Below, piece after piece: positions 8,835 through 18,747 of a stretch of DNA of 64,000 nt (position 1 is the first letter of the stretch; every line of letters starts with the position of its first letter). The notes below the pieces were generated by a model. That model worked only from the letters and a program-made list of their open reading frames with translations, made no database searches and was not told the DNA's origin. The DNA lies in contig CAVWPA010000003.1 of the NCBI GenBank assembly GCA_963756875.1, positions 1,664,001-1,728,000 on the forward strand, given 5' to 3'. The position numbers and the translations under genes were made by a program. The DNA comes from an uncultured Verrucomicrobiae bacterium (GTDB taxonomy: Bacteria; Verrucomicrobiota; Verrucomicrobiia; Chthoniobacterales; UBA10450).

Positions 8835-11663
8835 TCACCGCGGCGTAATACCTTCGGCAAGATCGACGTGAAATGTTTGTTTCACTTTGGTTGTGCCGAA
8901 AGTTAACTCCGCGTTGTAATCGCCAGCCGGCAAAAGCCTCTTCGGATTTTCGCCCCCGTACTCAATGCTCAGGTCCTTGGTCGGAAGCAGATCCCAGGTC
9001 AGTCGCGTGAAACCCGGCGTCCCGGGAGCCTTCAGATTGGCCACCGGTTCTCCTGTCGATTTTGTAATGGAAATCTTGATCTCGTCGCCGGCGAACTCCT
9101 TGACCCAAACCGTAAAGATTGCTCCCTCGGGGGGATTCTTGCCGCGATAAACGCCCTTGCCATTCCAATCCGCAAACCCGGGATCGAGATAACGGCCTGT
9201 AACCGGGCGCACGCTAAACAAATGTGCAGGTTCGGCGGCGATCTTTGGCGTGAATTCGCGAAACGGGACCGAGTCATCGAGGATCGCGAGGCTGCGGCCG
9301 TGCGTGGCGATGACCAGATCGGACGTGCGCGGCTGAATCTGAATGTCATCAACCTGCACGGCGGGAATATCGCCGATTCGGACCCAGTGCGTGCCCTGAT
9401 CAAATGACGCAAACAGCCCAAAGTGAGTTCCCGCATAAAGCAGCTTCGGATTCACCAGATCTTCGCGCACGACTTCAACCGGGCCATCCGCCGGCAGATC
9501 GCCGGTGACCGATTGCCATGTTTTGCCCAAATCGGCGGTGCGCAAAATCATTGGATGGTCGTCTCCGGATCGAAAGGCGCTTGTCGCGACATACGCCACG
9601 TTTGGGTCGATATGCGAAGGCTCGATCCGCTCGATCCATTGTCCGCGCGCGGGTTCCGGCAGATTGTTTGTCAGCTCGGTCCACTTACCGCCCTCATTCT
9701 GCGTAATCCAAAGCCGTCCATCGTCTGTGCCTGCCCAGAGTTCGCCGGCGCGCTTTGGCGACTCGGCAAGCGAAAACACAACTCCGTAATTTTCCGCGCC
9801 GCTCCCGGCGGCAGTTGTGCGAGACGGATTATTGTGCGTCAGGTCCGGGCTAATCACGGAATATTTTTCGGCTCGATCCGTCAGGCGGAAGACATAATTG
9901 CCGCCCAGGTAAATCACGCCGGGCTTATGCTGGCTCATGATCATCGGCGAATTCCAATTGAACCGATACCTTGGCTGACCTTCCGGCGGTTCGGGGCGCA
10001 AGCGGCGAATTTCGCCATTGCGCAGATTGATCCGGTGCACTTCGCCTTCCTGGCTCTCCGCGTAGAAGGTGTCGTGATCGGTTGGATCGAACAGCACATA
10101 GAAGCCGTCGCCGCCGGCAAGGGCGGTCCAGTCGCAGTTGCGAATCTCTTCCTTGCTTGGAACACCGCTCGGCCCCACCCAGTTTTCGTTGTCCTGAAGT
10201 CCACCGGCGATGCGGAAATACGGCTTCGTGTCGTCCAGCGAAATTCGATAATATTCTCCGGCGGGGATGCGGTTGAGATGCTCCCAATTCTTGCCACCGG
10301 CAAAGCTTTGATAGACGCCGCCGTCACATCCGAGCAATAGCCGCTGACACACGCGCGGTTTGGGCGGTTTGCTTTTGTCCTCCGGCTTTGGCGGGTTCGA
10401 TGCCGGAACTGTTCCCGGTTGAATGACGAACGTATGGCAATCCGGGTGCACTTTTTCGGAGAGATCTTCCCGGAAATTCTTTCCGCCGTCGTCGGAAACG
10501 AGCAGAGCGAATTCGAGCAGGTACACCCGCTGATCGTTCTCCGGATCGATGCGGATCTGACTGAAGTAAAATGGTCGTGGGTCAATTGCGCTTATCCGCG
10601 TCCATTTTTCGCCGCCATCTTCGGAGCGAAACACCCCGCCGCTTTTGCTGCGAAGATCCGTTAGCACGCTTGAGCCGCCTTCATAACTTTGCACCACGGC
10701 CATGACGATCTTCGGCTTGCTTTCGCAGACAGCGAGGCCGATGCGACCGGTTTGCGGTGGCAAGCCGCCTCCAAGTTTTTTCCAACTTGCTCCGCCGTTC
10801 GTGCTCTTGAAAATTCCGCCGGCATCCGCTCCACCTGTCACCTGAGGTCCCGAGGCAAAGCTCCAGGCGGTTCGCCGCCGCGCGTACAACGCTGCGTAAA
10901 CGATTTGTGGGTTAGCGGGATCAAGTGCCACGTCGCAACACCCGGTCTGCGCGTCGTGCGGTGCAGGCGCATGTAAAATGAGCTTCCAGGTTTTGCCGCC
11001 ATCGGTGGTCTTGAAAAGCCCGCGCTCCCCGCCGTCCTGCCACAAATCGCCGCTCGCAGCGACATATGCTGTTTCCGGCTTCTTGGGATCGACAACAATT
11101 CGCCCAATGGCCCGGCTATCTTTTAATCCAACGTTTTTCCAGGTTTGTCCGCCATCCGTGGAGCAATAGACGCCATCGCCCCAGCCGGATGTATTGCGAT
11201 CGTTGGCTTCACCGGTCCCGACCCAGATCACACGCGAATCCGAAGGAGCAACAGCGATGGCACCGATTGAAAGGTCCGGTTGCTTGTCGAAGATTGGATC
11301 GAATGTAATGCCGTTATCGCTCGTTTTGAAAAGTCCGCCATGCGCCAGGCCAACGTAAAAGACATACGGATTGTGCGGATCAAGCGCAATGGCCGGGACG
11401 CGGCCGCCCATTACCGCCGGTCCAATCGAGCGCGCCTTGAGATTCTTGAATAAAACGTCGCTGAGCGGCGGAGCGGTCTCGGAGGGCGCCGGCGTGACGG
11501 CAGAAGGCAACGGCGGAGTCGTGCTTTGTGGTGAGGCCGGGCTTTGCGAGGCGGCAGAAGGCGAGGCTTTGGCGCGGTGCAGTGGATCTTCCTGGGCCAA
11601 CAGAAGAACAGCTCCGCAAATTGAAAGCAGTGAAACGAAGACAACTGAAAATCGAGCGATCAT
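8835..11663 (-). CDS. Secreted VPS10/BNR (Asp-box) repeat protein, glycosyl hydrolase-like
   Basis: Signal peptide; repeated S/T-x-D-x-G-x-T-W; RSIGP..MGGRV, IWVGTGE, LVIATHGRS. Confidence 0.85.
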   Translation of the reverse strand: MIARFSVVFVSLLSICGAVLLLAQEDPLHRAKASPSAASQSPASPQSTTPPLPSAVTPAPSETAPPLSDVLFKNLKARSIGPAVMGGRVPAIALDPHNPYVFYVGLAHGGLFKTSDNGITFDPIFDKQPDLSIGAIAVAPSDSRVIWVGTGEANDRNTSGWGDGVYCSTDGGQTWKNVGLKDSRAIGRIVVDPKKPETAYVAASGDLWQDGGERGLFKTTDGGKTWKLILHAPAPHDAQTGCCDVALDPANPQIVYAALYARRRTAWSFASGPQVTGGADAGGIFKSTNGGASWKKLGGGLPPQTGRIGLAVCESKPKIVMAVVQSYEGGSSVLTDLRSKSGGVFRSEDGGEKWTRISAIDPRPFYFSQIRIDPENDQRVYLLEFALLVSDDGGKNFREDLSEKVHPDCHTFVIQPGTVPASNPPKPEDKSKPPKPRVCQRLLLGCDGGVYQSFAGGKNWEHLNRIPAGEYYRISLDDTKPYFRIAGGLQDNENWVGPSGVPSKEEIRNCDWTALAGGDGFYVLFDPTDHDTFYAESQEGEVHRINLRNGEIRRLRPEPPEGQPRYRFNWNSPMIMSQHKPGVIYLGGNYVFRLTDRAEKYSVISPDLTHNNPSRTTAAGSGAENYGVVFSLAESPKRAGELWAGTDDGRLWITQNEGGKWTELTNNLPEPARGQWIERIEPSHIDPNVAYVATSAFRSGDDHPMILRTADLGKTWQSVTGDLPADGPVEVVREDLVNPKLLYAGTHFGLFASFDQGTHWVRIGDIPAVQVDDIQIQPRTSDLVIATHGRSLAILDDSVPFREFTPKIAAEPAHLFSVRPVTGRYLDPGFADWNGKGVYRGKNPPEGAIFTVWVKEFAGDEIKISITKSTGEPVANLKAPGTPGFTRLTWDLLPTKDLSIEYGGENPKRLLPAGDYNAELTFGTTKVKQTFHVDLAEGITPR

Positions 11664-11757
11664 GGCCGATTACCCTAGCGGAACGTTCACGGATTGGCCA
11701 TGCCTGAATTTGTTACGGCTCCTTTGCGCCGCAATAATCCTGCGTATTGTCGCGGTT

Positions 11758-12534
11758 ATGACAGCACAAGTTTTGGCTGGGAAAACGGGGGTTGTATTCG
11801 GCGTGGCGAACAAACGCAGCATCGCGTGGGCGATCGCGAAGGCGTGGGCCGCGGCGGGTGCGCGACTAATTTTCAATTATCAAGGCGAACGACTAAAGGA
11901 AAACATCGAGGAACTGGTGGGCGAGTTTGGCGAAAAGACGCCATTTTTTCCGTGCGACGTTTCGAGCGACGAAGAGATCAAGACTTTCTTTGCTAAGGTA
12001 AAAGGTGAGACCGATCGCGTCGATCTGATGCTGCATTCGCTTGCGTTTGCTCCGAAGGAAGCGCTGGAAGGCGATTTTGTGAGCACCACGCGCGAGGCAT
12101 TTCGTGTCGCACAGGACATCAGCGCCTACTCCCTGGTCGCGCTCGCGCGGGAAGTCGCGCCGTTGATGACTAATGGCGGGAGCATCGTCGCGATGACTTA
12201 TTACGGCTCCGAGAAAGTCGTTCCGCATTACAACGTGATGGGCGTCGCCAAGGCCAGCCTCGAAGCGAGCACGCGTTATCTCGCCTACGATCTCGGCCCC
12301 AAAAAAATCCGCGTGAATTGCATTTCGGCCGGCCCCGTAAACACGCTGGCCGCGCGTGGCATCAGCGGATTTATGTCGATGTTGAAGCATTATCAGGAAC
12401 GCGCGCCGCTGCGTCGCAGTTGCGACCCTGCGGAGTTGGGTGAGACCGGTGTGTTCTTGGCAAGCGACGGCGCTGCCGCGATCACCGGCCAGGTAATTTA
12501 CGTCGATGGCGGCTATCAAATCATGGGTCTGTGA
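11758..12534 (+). CDS. fabI: Enoyl-ACP reductase FabI
   Basis: GVANKRSIAWAIA, YNVMGVAKASLE, ISAGPVNTLAA; ATG at 11758. Confidence 0.95.
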   Translation: MTAQVLAGKTGVVFGVANKRSIAWAIAKAWAAAGARLIFNYQGERLKENIEELVGEFGEKTPFFPCDVSSDEEIKTFFAKVKGETDRVDLMLHSLAFAPKEALEGDFVSTTREAFRVAQDISAYSLVALAREVAPLMTNGGSIVAMTYYGSEKVVPHYNVMGVAKASLEASTRYLAYDLGPKKIRVNCISAGPVNTLAARGISGFMSMLKHYQERAPLRRSCDPAELGETGVFLASDGAAAITGQVIYVDGGYQIMGL

Positions 12535-12541
12535 TCAGAAT

Positions 12542-12641
12542 CTCCCGCTCCTGATCGTGCTCATGCTCCTGATCATGATCGAAAGTCAAAGGAAGACGTC
12601 ACGACCCAGGTTAAGATCACGTTCGCGAGCATGAGCACGAG
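12542..12641. repeat. Inverted repeat built from 6-nt periodic units
   Basis: Left CTCCCG CTCCTG ATCGTG CTCATG CTCCTG ATCATG; right CACGTT CGCGAG CATGAG CACGAG. Confidence 0.7.
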
Positions 12642-14029
12642 TACCTGCGGACGAACTGCGGAAATTGTTAGGCGTTGAGGCCGTAGCTGACGACGCGGAA
12701 ACGCTTGCGGCCCACAGTGGAGACAAATGGTTTGCGGCGGAGACGCCTGAAGTCGTGGTCTTTGCAAAATCGACCGGTGACGTCTCAAAACTGCTCGACT
12801 TCGCGGCACGCAAGAAAATTCCCATCACAGCGCGGGGGGCTGGCTATGGCTACGTGGGCGGATGCGTGCCGGTGCGAAAAGGGATTTCGCTTTCGCTCAT
12901 GCGCATGAACCGCATTAAGGAAATTAATTTCGCAGACGCGATCGCGATTGTCGAACCAGGCGTGATCACGGCCGACCTGAAGGCGGCGGCGCGCCGGGAG
13001 AAGTTATTTTATCCGCCGGATCCCGCGAGCATGAAGGATTGCAGCATCGGAGGCAACGTCGCGACCAACGCGGGAGGGCCGCGTTGTTTGAAATACGGTG
13101 TGACACGCAATTACGTCATCGGCCTCGAAGTCGTGCTCGCCAACGGCCAGGTCCTGCGGACAGGCGGACGGGTTCACAAGGATAAGACGGGCTTCAACCT
13201 CATCGGTTTGTTTGTCGGTTCGGAAGGAATGCTCGGGGTCGTGACGGAGATTACCTTTCGCCTGCTTCCGCTTCCGCCGGCACGCGCGACGTTGTCCGCC
13301 GGATTTGCCAGGACTGCGCAGGCCGCCGCTGCCGTGCAGGAAATTTTCGCGGCCGGCTTTTTGCCGGCGTCTCTCGAAATTGCGGATCACTTCACGCTCA
13401 AGGCAGCCAGAAAAGGTCTCGGCAAAGCGATCGTCCCGCCGGGCAGCGCGCATCTTCTGGTGGATGTTGATGGGCAAGAGGAAAGCGTGCGAAGCGAAGC
13501 AGCTGCAATTCGCGATTTACTTGCGAAAAAGAATCCTGCCACGCTCGAACTGGCCACCGGTGAAGTCGAGTGCGAAAAGCTCTGGGCGCTGCGGCGTGAG
13601 TTCAGCAACGCCCTGCGTGCTACGGGCCTGACAAAATTGAACCAGGATGTAGTTGTGCCCCGGGGTCGCATTGTCGATCTCATCGAGTTCGCCGAAAAGC
13701 TGCAGGCAAAACATGGCTTTCCGATCGCCTGCTTTGGTCACGCCGGCGACGGGAACATCCACGTCAATATCATGACGAATGATTATTCCGATGCGCGGGT
13801 ACGCGAACGGGTCGATGCCGCGTTGGATGAGCTTTTCGCGCAAGTACTGGCATGGGGCGGGGTGATTACAGGCGAGCACGGCATCGGCCTGGCGAAAAAG
13901 CGGTGGTGGCCTGAAGCGACCAGCGAGGTTGTGCGCGATTTGCATCGTAAGCTCAAACAGGCGCTCGATCCCGACGGAATCCTGAATCCGGGAAAATTTG
14001 TTGGCCCGGAAAACTTGAGGGTTGACTAA
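12631..14029 (+). CDS. FAD-linked oxidase, GlcD/D-lactate dehydrogenase family (apparent +1 frameshift at about 12645)
   Basis: FYPPDPAS, GGNVATNAGG, GSEGMLGV, HAGDGNIH, GEHGIG; removing one C at 12644-12645 joins ATG 12631 (MSTSTADELRKLLG) to the main ORF. Confidence 0.85.
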
Positions 14030-14185
14030 ACGGAATTCGCAGGCAGATTGTCCCCTCTTTTACAGGAACTTGCTTGCTGAAAGTTCGGTCGATTTACACG
14101 CGTCTGCGTGATCGAAAGTCGAATTGAATTATTAAGTGAGACGTTACGTCTAACTGGCAGCTCCTGTCGCTGTTACCCCCTAACC

Positions 14186-15049
14186 ATGAAATCAGGAACC
14201 ATTACTCACACCATAGCAGTTTTGCTCTCATCGATCTCCGCGTTGTTTGTCCACTCGGCAGAAGCGAAAGCCGAGCCGGCCCGGATGAAGGTCAGTAAAA
14301 GCTTCGAGAGCCCGCGGGATGGCCTGTTGGTCAATCTTGCATCGCTGGTATTCGCGCCGCGGCATCTCAAATCGGGTCCGCCGGCGCCGAGTGCGAACTA
14401 CCCGTGGAAACAGCATATTGTTACGACGGTTTTCTGGATTGGGGAGACTCCGAGCGGAAATAATCCAGTGCCGAACCGCTCAAGTTCGTGGGACAAAAAC
14501 TGGGCACGGAGCTACGGAGGCTTGGACGATCCAAATCGGGCACATCGGGAGGACTATATTCCGGTCAAATTCACGCCGCGACAGAATCCGTTTTACTGCG
14601 CGCTGCCTTACAACGACAAGGCGACCAACGGCCATCGGCCGGAAGCCCCGCGGGTGATTCCCTGGTACAGGGAAGCGTATCAAGGCCCCGGCGTGTCGGT
14701 GTGCAAGGATCGCTGGATCGCCATCCACAAGGGCGATCGGACGGTTTATGCCCAATGGGAAGATGCCGGCCCGTTTCGCACAGATCATTGGCAGTATGTC
14801 TTCGGTAACGAACGTCCCAAACCGAATCTGAATAGAGGAGCGGGGCTCGACGTTTCTCCGGCCGTGCGCGACTATCTGGGCCTGGAGGAGACGGACGTAA
14901 CGGACTGGAAATTCGTTGATTTTAAGGATGTGCCGTACGGTCCGTGGTCGAAGTTTGGTGAAAACAACACTTTCGTTATCAAGGAGCGAAGGGGCCGCTC
15001 CGTTGTGGCACAGGCCACCAGCAGCAGCCCTTCTGAGGTGCTGCGGTAA
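14186..15049 (+). CDS. Secreted hypothetical protein, possible double-psi beta-barrel fold
   Basis: Signal peptide; WEDAGP and GLDVSPAVRDYLG resemble RlpA/expansin DPBB motifs. Confidence 0.6.
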   Translation: MKSGTITHTIAVLLSSISALFVHSAEAKAEPARMKVSKSFESPRDGLLVNLASLVFAPRHLKSGPPAPSANYPWKQHIVTTVFWIGETPSGNNPVPNRSSSWDKNWARSYGGLDDPNRAHREDYIPVKFTPRQNPFYCALPYNDKATNGHRPEAPRVIPWYREAYQGPGVSVCKDRWIAIHKGDRTVYAQWEDAGPFRTDHWQYVFGNERPKPNLNRGAGLDVSPAVRDYLGLEETDVTDWKFVDFKDVPYGPWSKFGENNTFVIKERRGRSVVAQATSSSPSEVLR

Positions 15050-15087
15050 CCAGATTCAACGACGTCGGACCGTCGGCGTCATTCTCG

Positions 15088-15354
15088 TCACCGCGTTGAG
15101 GCCGCCGCGGCAGGATTGCCGTCCTGATTCGGCCGCTCTTCGCTAACGCGCGAAAACACGAAAAAGAAGGCCAAAAGCGCGCCGACAATCACGACGAATA
15201 GAAAGAGAAAGCTCCCGGCACGAACCGCTCGATAGCGTGCGCCGGCCCGGTCCCACTCCGCACGCTTCTCACTTAGCTCTGCTTCGAGAAGCCGGCTGAG
15301 CTGCTCCGGGTCGTTTTCTGTTAATTCAGGCTTGCCGGAACCGTTCGGCATCAT
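15088..15354 (-). CDS. Small membrane protein
   Basis: 88 aa with one hydrophobic helix (FLFLFVVIVGALLAFFFVF); fills the gap between genes. Confidence 0.65.
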   Translation of the reverse strand: MMPNGSGKPELTENDPEQLSRLLEAELSEKRAEWDRAGARYRAVRAGSFLFLFVVIVGALLAFFFVFSRVSEERPNQDGNPAAAASTR

Positions 15355-15376
15355 TCAAACATCAACTGCAAATAAT

Positions 15377-16051
15377 ATGCCGGGACGCAGGAAAACAGCA
15401 GCCTACGTAGCGCCGATGCTGACTTTCATCGGTTTGCTCCTGCTTAATGTCGTCCTGAAAGAGATCGGCGGCCCCTTCTGGCTACGCTTTCCCGAGTATT
15501 GGATTTATCCGGCGCAAACGATTCTATGCGGCGTTCTGCTCATTTGGTTTCGCCGCGAATACGACTTTCATCGGTTGCGTCACGTTGTTTTCGCTCTTGT
15601 CGCCGGCGCGATTGTTTTTGTTCTGTGGATTTCGCCCCAGCAATTCCTTGGATTTGCAGAACGCACGATGGGATTCGATCCCGATTTTTTGTCCAGCAAA
15701 CCCTCCGTTTACTGGTTTACCGTCATTTTTCGTTTTCTCCGCCTGGCCGTCGTCGTCCCATTTGTCGAAGAGGTTTTTTGGCGCGGGTTCCTGCTGCGTT
15801 TCCTCATCGATGAAGATTTCGAACGCGTCGAGTTTGGAGCGTTTTCCTGGCCCTCCTTCATCGTCGTCACCCTCGCTTTTGGCTTTTCGCATTCGGTGAA
15901 GGACTGGGTCGCCGCGTTAATTACGGGTGCCATTTACAACGTAGTGGCCTACCGGACAAAAAGTCTCGCTTCCTGCGTCGTGACCCACGCCATTACGAAC
16001 CTGTTGCTCGGCCTTTGGATTATGAAAACCAAAGAGTGGGGGTTCTGGTAG
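15377..16051 (+). CDS. CAAX prenyl protease-related (CPBP/Abi) membrane protein
   Basis: PFVEEVFWRGF, FGFSH, HAITN motifs; multiple TM helices. Confidence 0.88.
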   Translation: MPGRRKTAAYVAPMLTFIGLLLLNVVLKEIGGPFWLRFPEYWIYPAQTILCGVLLIWFRREYDFHRLRHVVFALVAGAIVFVLWISPQQFLGFAERTMGFDPDFLSSKPSVYWFTVIFRFLRLAVVVPFVEEVFWRGFLLRFLIDEDFERVEFGAFSWPSFIVVTLAFGFSHSVKDWVAALITGAIYNVVAYRTKSLASCVVTHAITNLLLGLWIMKTKEWGFW

Positions 16052-16137
16052 GTCTCGGGGGGGGCGGTGGTCATAAACGGGGCTCATAGCGGGCGCCCTT
16101 CCGGCGATGGCATCGACCGTGCTGCTAAAAGGGGCAG

Positions 16138-16290
16138 ATGCATGCGACTTTTATTCAGAAAGTGATGATTTGTGCAATCGCCGGGTTTTTTGCGGCCACA
16201 GTGATCGAGTGGGGAAAAGTATTCATTGAAGGCGCTGACGACTCGCTCAACAAGGGGTACAAACATCGCACCATCATGAGTGGTCCTTAG
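16138..16290 (+). CDS. 50-aa small membrane protein (absent from ORF track)
   Basis: MHATFIQKVMICAIAGFFAATVIEWGKVFIEGADDSLNKGYKHRTIMSGP*; AAGGGG just upstream. Confidence 0.6.
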   Translation: MHATFIQKVMICAIAGFFAATVIEWGKVFIEGADDSLNKGYKHRTIMSGP

Positions 16291-16426
16291 GATCCTCCTG
16301 GTTCTGTTGTAACGCACGGGTTCGGTGCCCGCGGGTGAGCGCGGCCCAGGGTGGCAGCTCCTCGAGTCTTCTCATTGCGCGAAAGGGATTGCCGCGTGCG
16401 CGCCTGCGCTTAATCTGCATGGAACA

Positions 16427-16449
16427 TTGGCACAAACGTGTTGTGCCAA
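16427..16449. promoter_or_regulatory. Perfect 9-5-9 inverted repeat upstream of nadE
   Basis: TTGGCACAA-ACGTG-TTGTGCCAA. Confidence 0.35.
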
Positions 16450-16572
16450 CTTTACGGCGGGAGGCCCCGGGCCGCGAGGAGGCGAGCGGGTCCAGGGAAG
16501 CCGGGCGGCTAGTTTGATACATTTTTCGCCTGAACATCACCCCTCTTGCCGGATATATATTAACCCAGCAGC

Positions 16573-18225
16573 ATGAAAGTCGGCTTCGCTCAGCTCAATA
16601 CCACGGTCGGCGATTTACGCGGCAATTTTGAGAAAATTCTCCAGGCATACAATCGTCTTGCCGCCGGCGGCGCGGATCTGGTTCTTACTCCTGAGCTCGC
16701 CATCACCGGCTATCCGCCGCAGGACCTGGTCTTCAAATCGCGCTTCGTTCCAGAGAACCTTCAAGTTTTGGAACAGCTTCATGGCCGGATCGGAAACGTC
16801 CCTCTGCTGGTCGGGTTCGTGGATAGGAATGAAGGACGTGGTAAACCGTTTCATAATGCAGCCGCTTTGCTCGAAGCGGGCCGACCGATCCGCAAAACGT
16901 ATAAGTCGTTGTTGCCAACTTACGATGTTTTTGATGAAGACCGTTACTTCGAACCGCCCTCTCGAGTCGAGCCGTTCGCCATCTGCGGAAAGAAAGTCGG
17001 CATAACGATCTGTGAAGATATTTGGACGGAACATTACCTGCCCCGGCCGTTTTACGACGTCGAGCCAACGCGAAGTTTGATCGAACAGGGCGCGGAATTG
17101 ATCGTCAACCTGAGTGCGTCGCCATTTTCTCTGCATAAGCCGGCGATTCGCCATGAAATGGTGGGCGGCCTGGCGCGAACTTATCAACGTCCGATTTTTT
17201 ACTGCAACGCGGTTGGCGGCAACGATCAGCTGGTTTTTGATGGGAACTCCATCGCAGTGGATTCGTCAGGTGGCTTGATCGCGCAGCTGCGTGGTTTTCG
17301 AGAAGACGAGGCGATCATCGACACGGAGGCAACCGGCACCGCGAAATTCCGCGATGGGACGCTGCCGGAAGAGATCTTCGATGCGCTTTCGCTAGGCCTT
17401 CGCGATTATCTGCGGAAGTGCAATTTCAAGTCCGCGGTGCTCGGTTTAAGCGGTGGCGTCGATTCGGCCGTGGTTGCGGTCGTCGCCGTTCAGGCTCTCG
17501 GCGCCGAGAATGTTCTTGGTGTCTGCATGCCGAGCCAGTATTCCTCGCGTGGCAGTATCGATGACGCTCTGGCTCTCGCCCACAATCTGGGCATCAAGTG
17601 CCTGCAAATCCCGATTGCGGACACATTCAATGCAGTCCGGTCGCAATTTAAGGAAATTTTTGCAGGGTTGCCCGAAAATGAGACGGAGGAAAATATTCAA
17701 CCGCGCCTGCGCGCGCTGACGCTAATGGCGCTCTCGAACAAGTTCGGCCACCTGGTCTTGTCCACGGGCAACAAAAGCGAACTGGCAGTCGGTTATTGCA
17801 CGATTTACGGGGACATGGCGGGCGGCCTTGCTGTGATCAGCGACGTGCCCAAGACGATGATCTACCAGCTGGCGCGCTGGATTAATTCCGGCTACGCGTC
17901 GCGAACGGGCCGCAAGGGCGAGATCATTCCAAGATCTACCATTGAAAAGCCGCCCAGCGCGGAGTTGAAGCCAAACCAAAAGGACCAGGATACACTGCCG
18001 CCGTACGAGATCCTGGACGAGATTTTGCGTCTATATATTGAAGAAAATCTGAGTGCTCGCGACATTGTTGCACACGGATTCGACGAGAAGACGGTGCGCT
18101 GGGTGCAGCGCCGGGTCGATCTCAACGAATACAAGCGCGAGCAAGCCGCCCTCGGGCTGAAAGTGACCACGCGCGCTTTCGGTCTCGGCCGCCGGATGCC
18201 GATTGCCCAAAAGTACATCGGTTAG
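16573..18225 (+). CDS. nadE: Glutamine-dependent NAD+ synthetase
   Basis: Nitrilase domain (PEL..GYPP, ICEDIW) plus LGLSGGVDS, GNKSE, YGD, PPSAEL.P.Q.D. Confidence 0.95.
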   Translation: MKVGFAQLNTTVGDLRGNFEKILQAYNRLAAGGADLVLTPELAITGYPPQDLVFKSRFVPENLQVLEQLHGRIGNVPLLVGFVDRNEGRGKPFHNAAALLEAGRPIRKTYKSLLPTYDVFDEDRYFEPPSRVEPFAICGKKVGITICEDIWTEHYLPRPFYDVEPTRSLIEQGAELIVNLSASPFSLHKPAIRHEMVGGLARTYQRPIFYCNAVGGNDQLVFDGNSIAVDSSGGLIAQLRGFREDEAIIDTEATGTAKFRDGTLPEEIFDALSLGLRDYLRKCNFKSAVLGLSGGVDSAVVAVVAVQALGAENVLGVCMPSQYSSRGSIDDALALAHNLGIKCLQIPIADTFNAVRSQFKEIFAGLPENETEENIQPRLRALTLMALSNKFGHLVLSTGNKSELAVGYCTIYGDMAGGLAVISDVPKTMIYQLARWINSGYASRTGRKGEIIPRSTIEKPPSAELKPNQKDQDTLPPYEILDEILRLYIEENLSARDIVAHGFDEKTVRWVQRRVDLNEYKREQAALGLKVTTRAFGLGRRMPIAQKYIG

Positions 18226-18269
18226 GGCAGAGGCGGTGGCTCTTTAACGCTGGCCCGGGCTGGAGGATG

Positions 18270-18342
18270 TGCACCGTGTTGGAATCGAACCAACAACCCA
18301 GTGATTAAGAGTCACTTGCTCTGCCAATTGAGCTAACGGTGC
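18270..18342 (-). tRNA. tRNA-Lys (CTT)
   Basis: GCACCGT acceptor stem, D arm GCTC/GAGC, anticodon loop CTCTTAA, T arm GGTTCGATTCC; CCA not encoded. Confidence 0.95.
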
Positions 18343-18350
18343 ATGATCAA

Positions 18351-18388
18351 TTGCGGATTTCAGATCGCGGATTGCGGATTGCGGATTG
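18351..18388. repeat. Heptamer tandem tract (TTGCGGA)n
   Basis: TTGCGGA TTTCAGA TCGCGGA TTGCGGA TTGCGGA TTG. Confidence 0.75.
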
Positions 18389-18442
18389 GGACACTGCCAG
18401 GAAAGTCTGGCTGCAACTGCCCGGATTCGCAAACTTTCAAAC

Positions 18443-18616
18443 CTACGCTTGCGTGTGGCGCGCGTAGTGCAGCTCGACGCCTTTTGGCAAAAGTCGCTTC
18501 CGGCCGCGTTGACGCCGGCGCGCAAGAGTGGCTCGGCCGCCCTTGGTTTTCATTCGCGCACGGAACCCGTGCTGGCGTTTGCGCGTGCGTTTCGATGGCT
18601 GATAGGTGCGTTTCAT
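18443..18616 (-). CDS. rpmH: 50S ribosomal protein L34 (absent from ORF track)
   Basis: [57 protein letters not shown]. Confidence 0.95.
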   Translation of the reverse strand: MKRTYQPSKRTRKRQHGFRARMKTKGGRATLARRRQRGRKRLLPKGVELHYARHTQA

Positions 18617-18747
18617 AGGCCTGGAAACCGAATTCGGTGCGGTTTTGGAGCGGTTACAGTAGGGATGAGCAAAGCGTTGTCAATTTTCCATGGCTGGGCG
18701 ACTGTTGATCTTCGAATTGCCACTGGTCGCCGTTTTTGAGATAACAA

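Noticed and set aside
14065..14153. ECF-type promoter GGAACTT-N16-GTC and palindrome AGACGTTACGTCT
   Set aside because: Short matches that could arise by chance; no second instance found to support them.
18226..18342. Integrated element at tRNA-Lys
   Set aside because: Flanked by housekeeping nadE and rpmH; no integrase and no duplicated tRNA 3' end seen.
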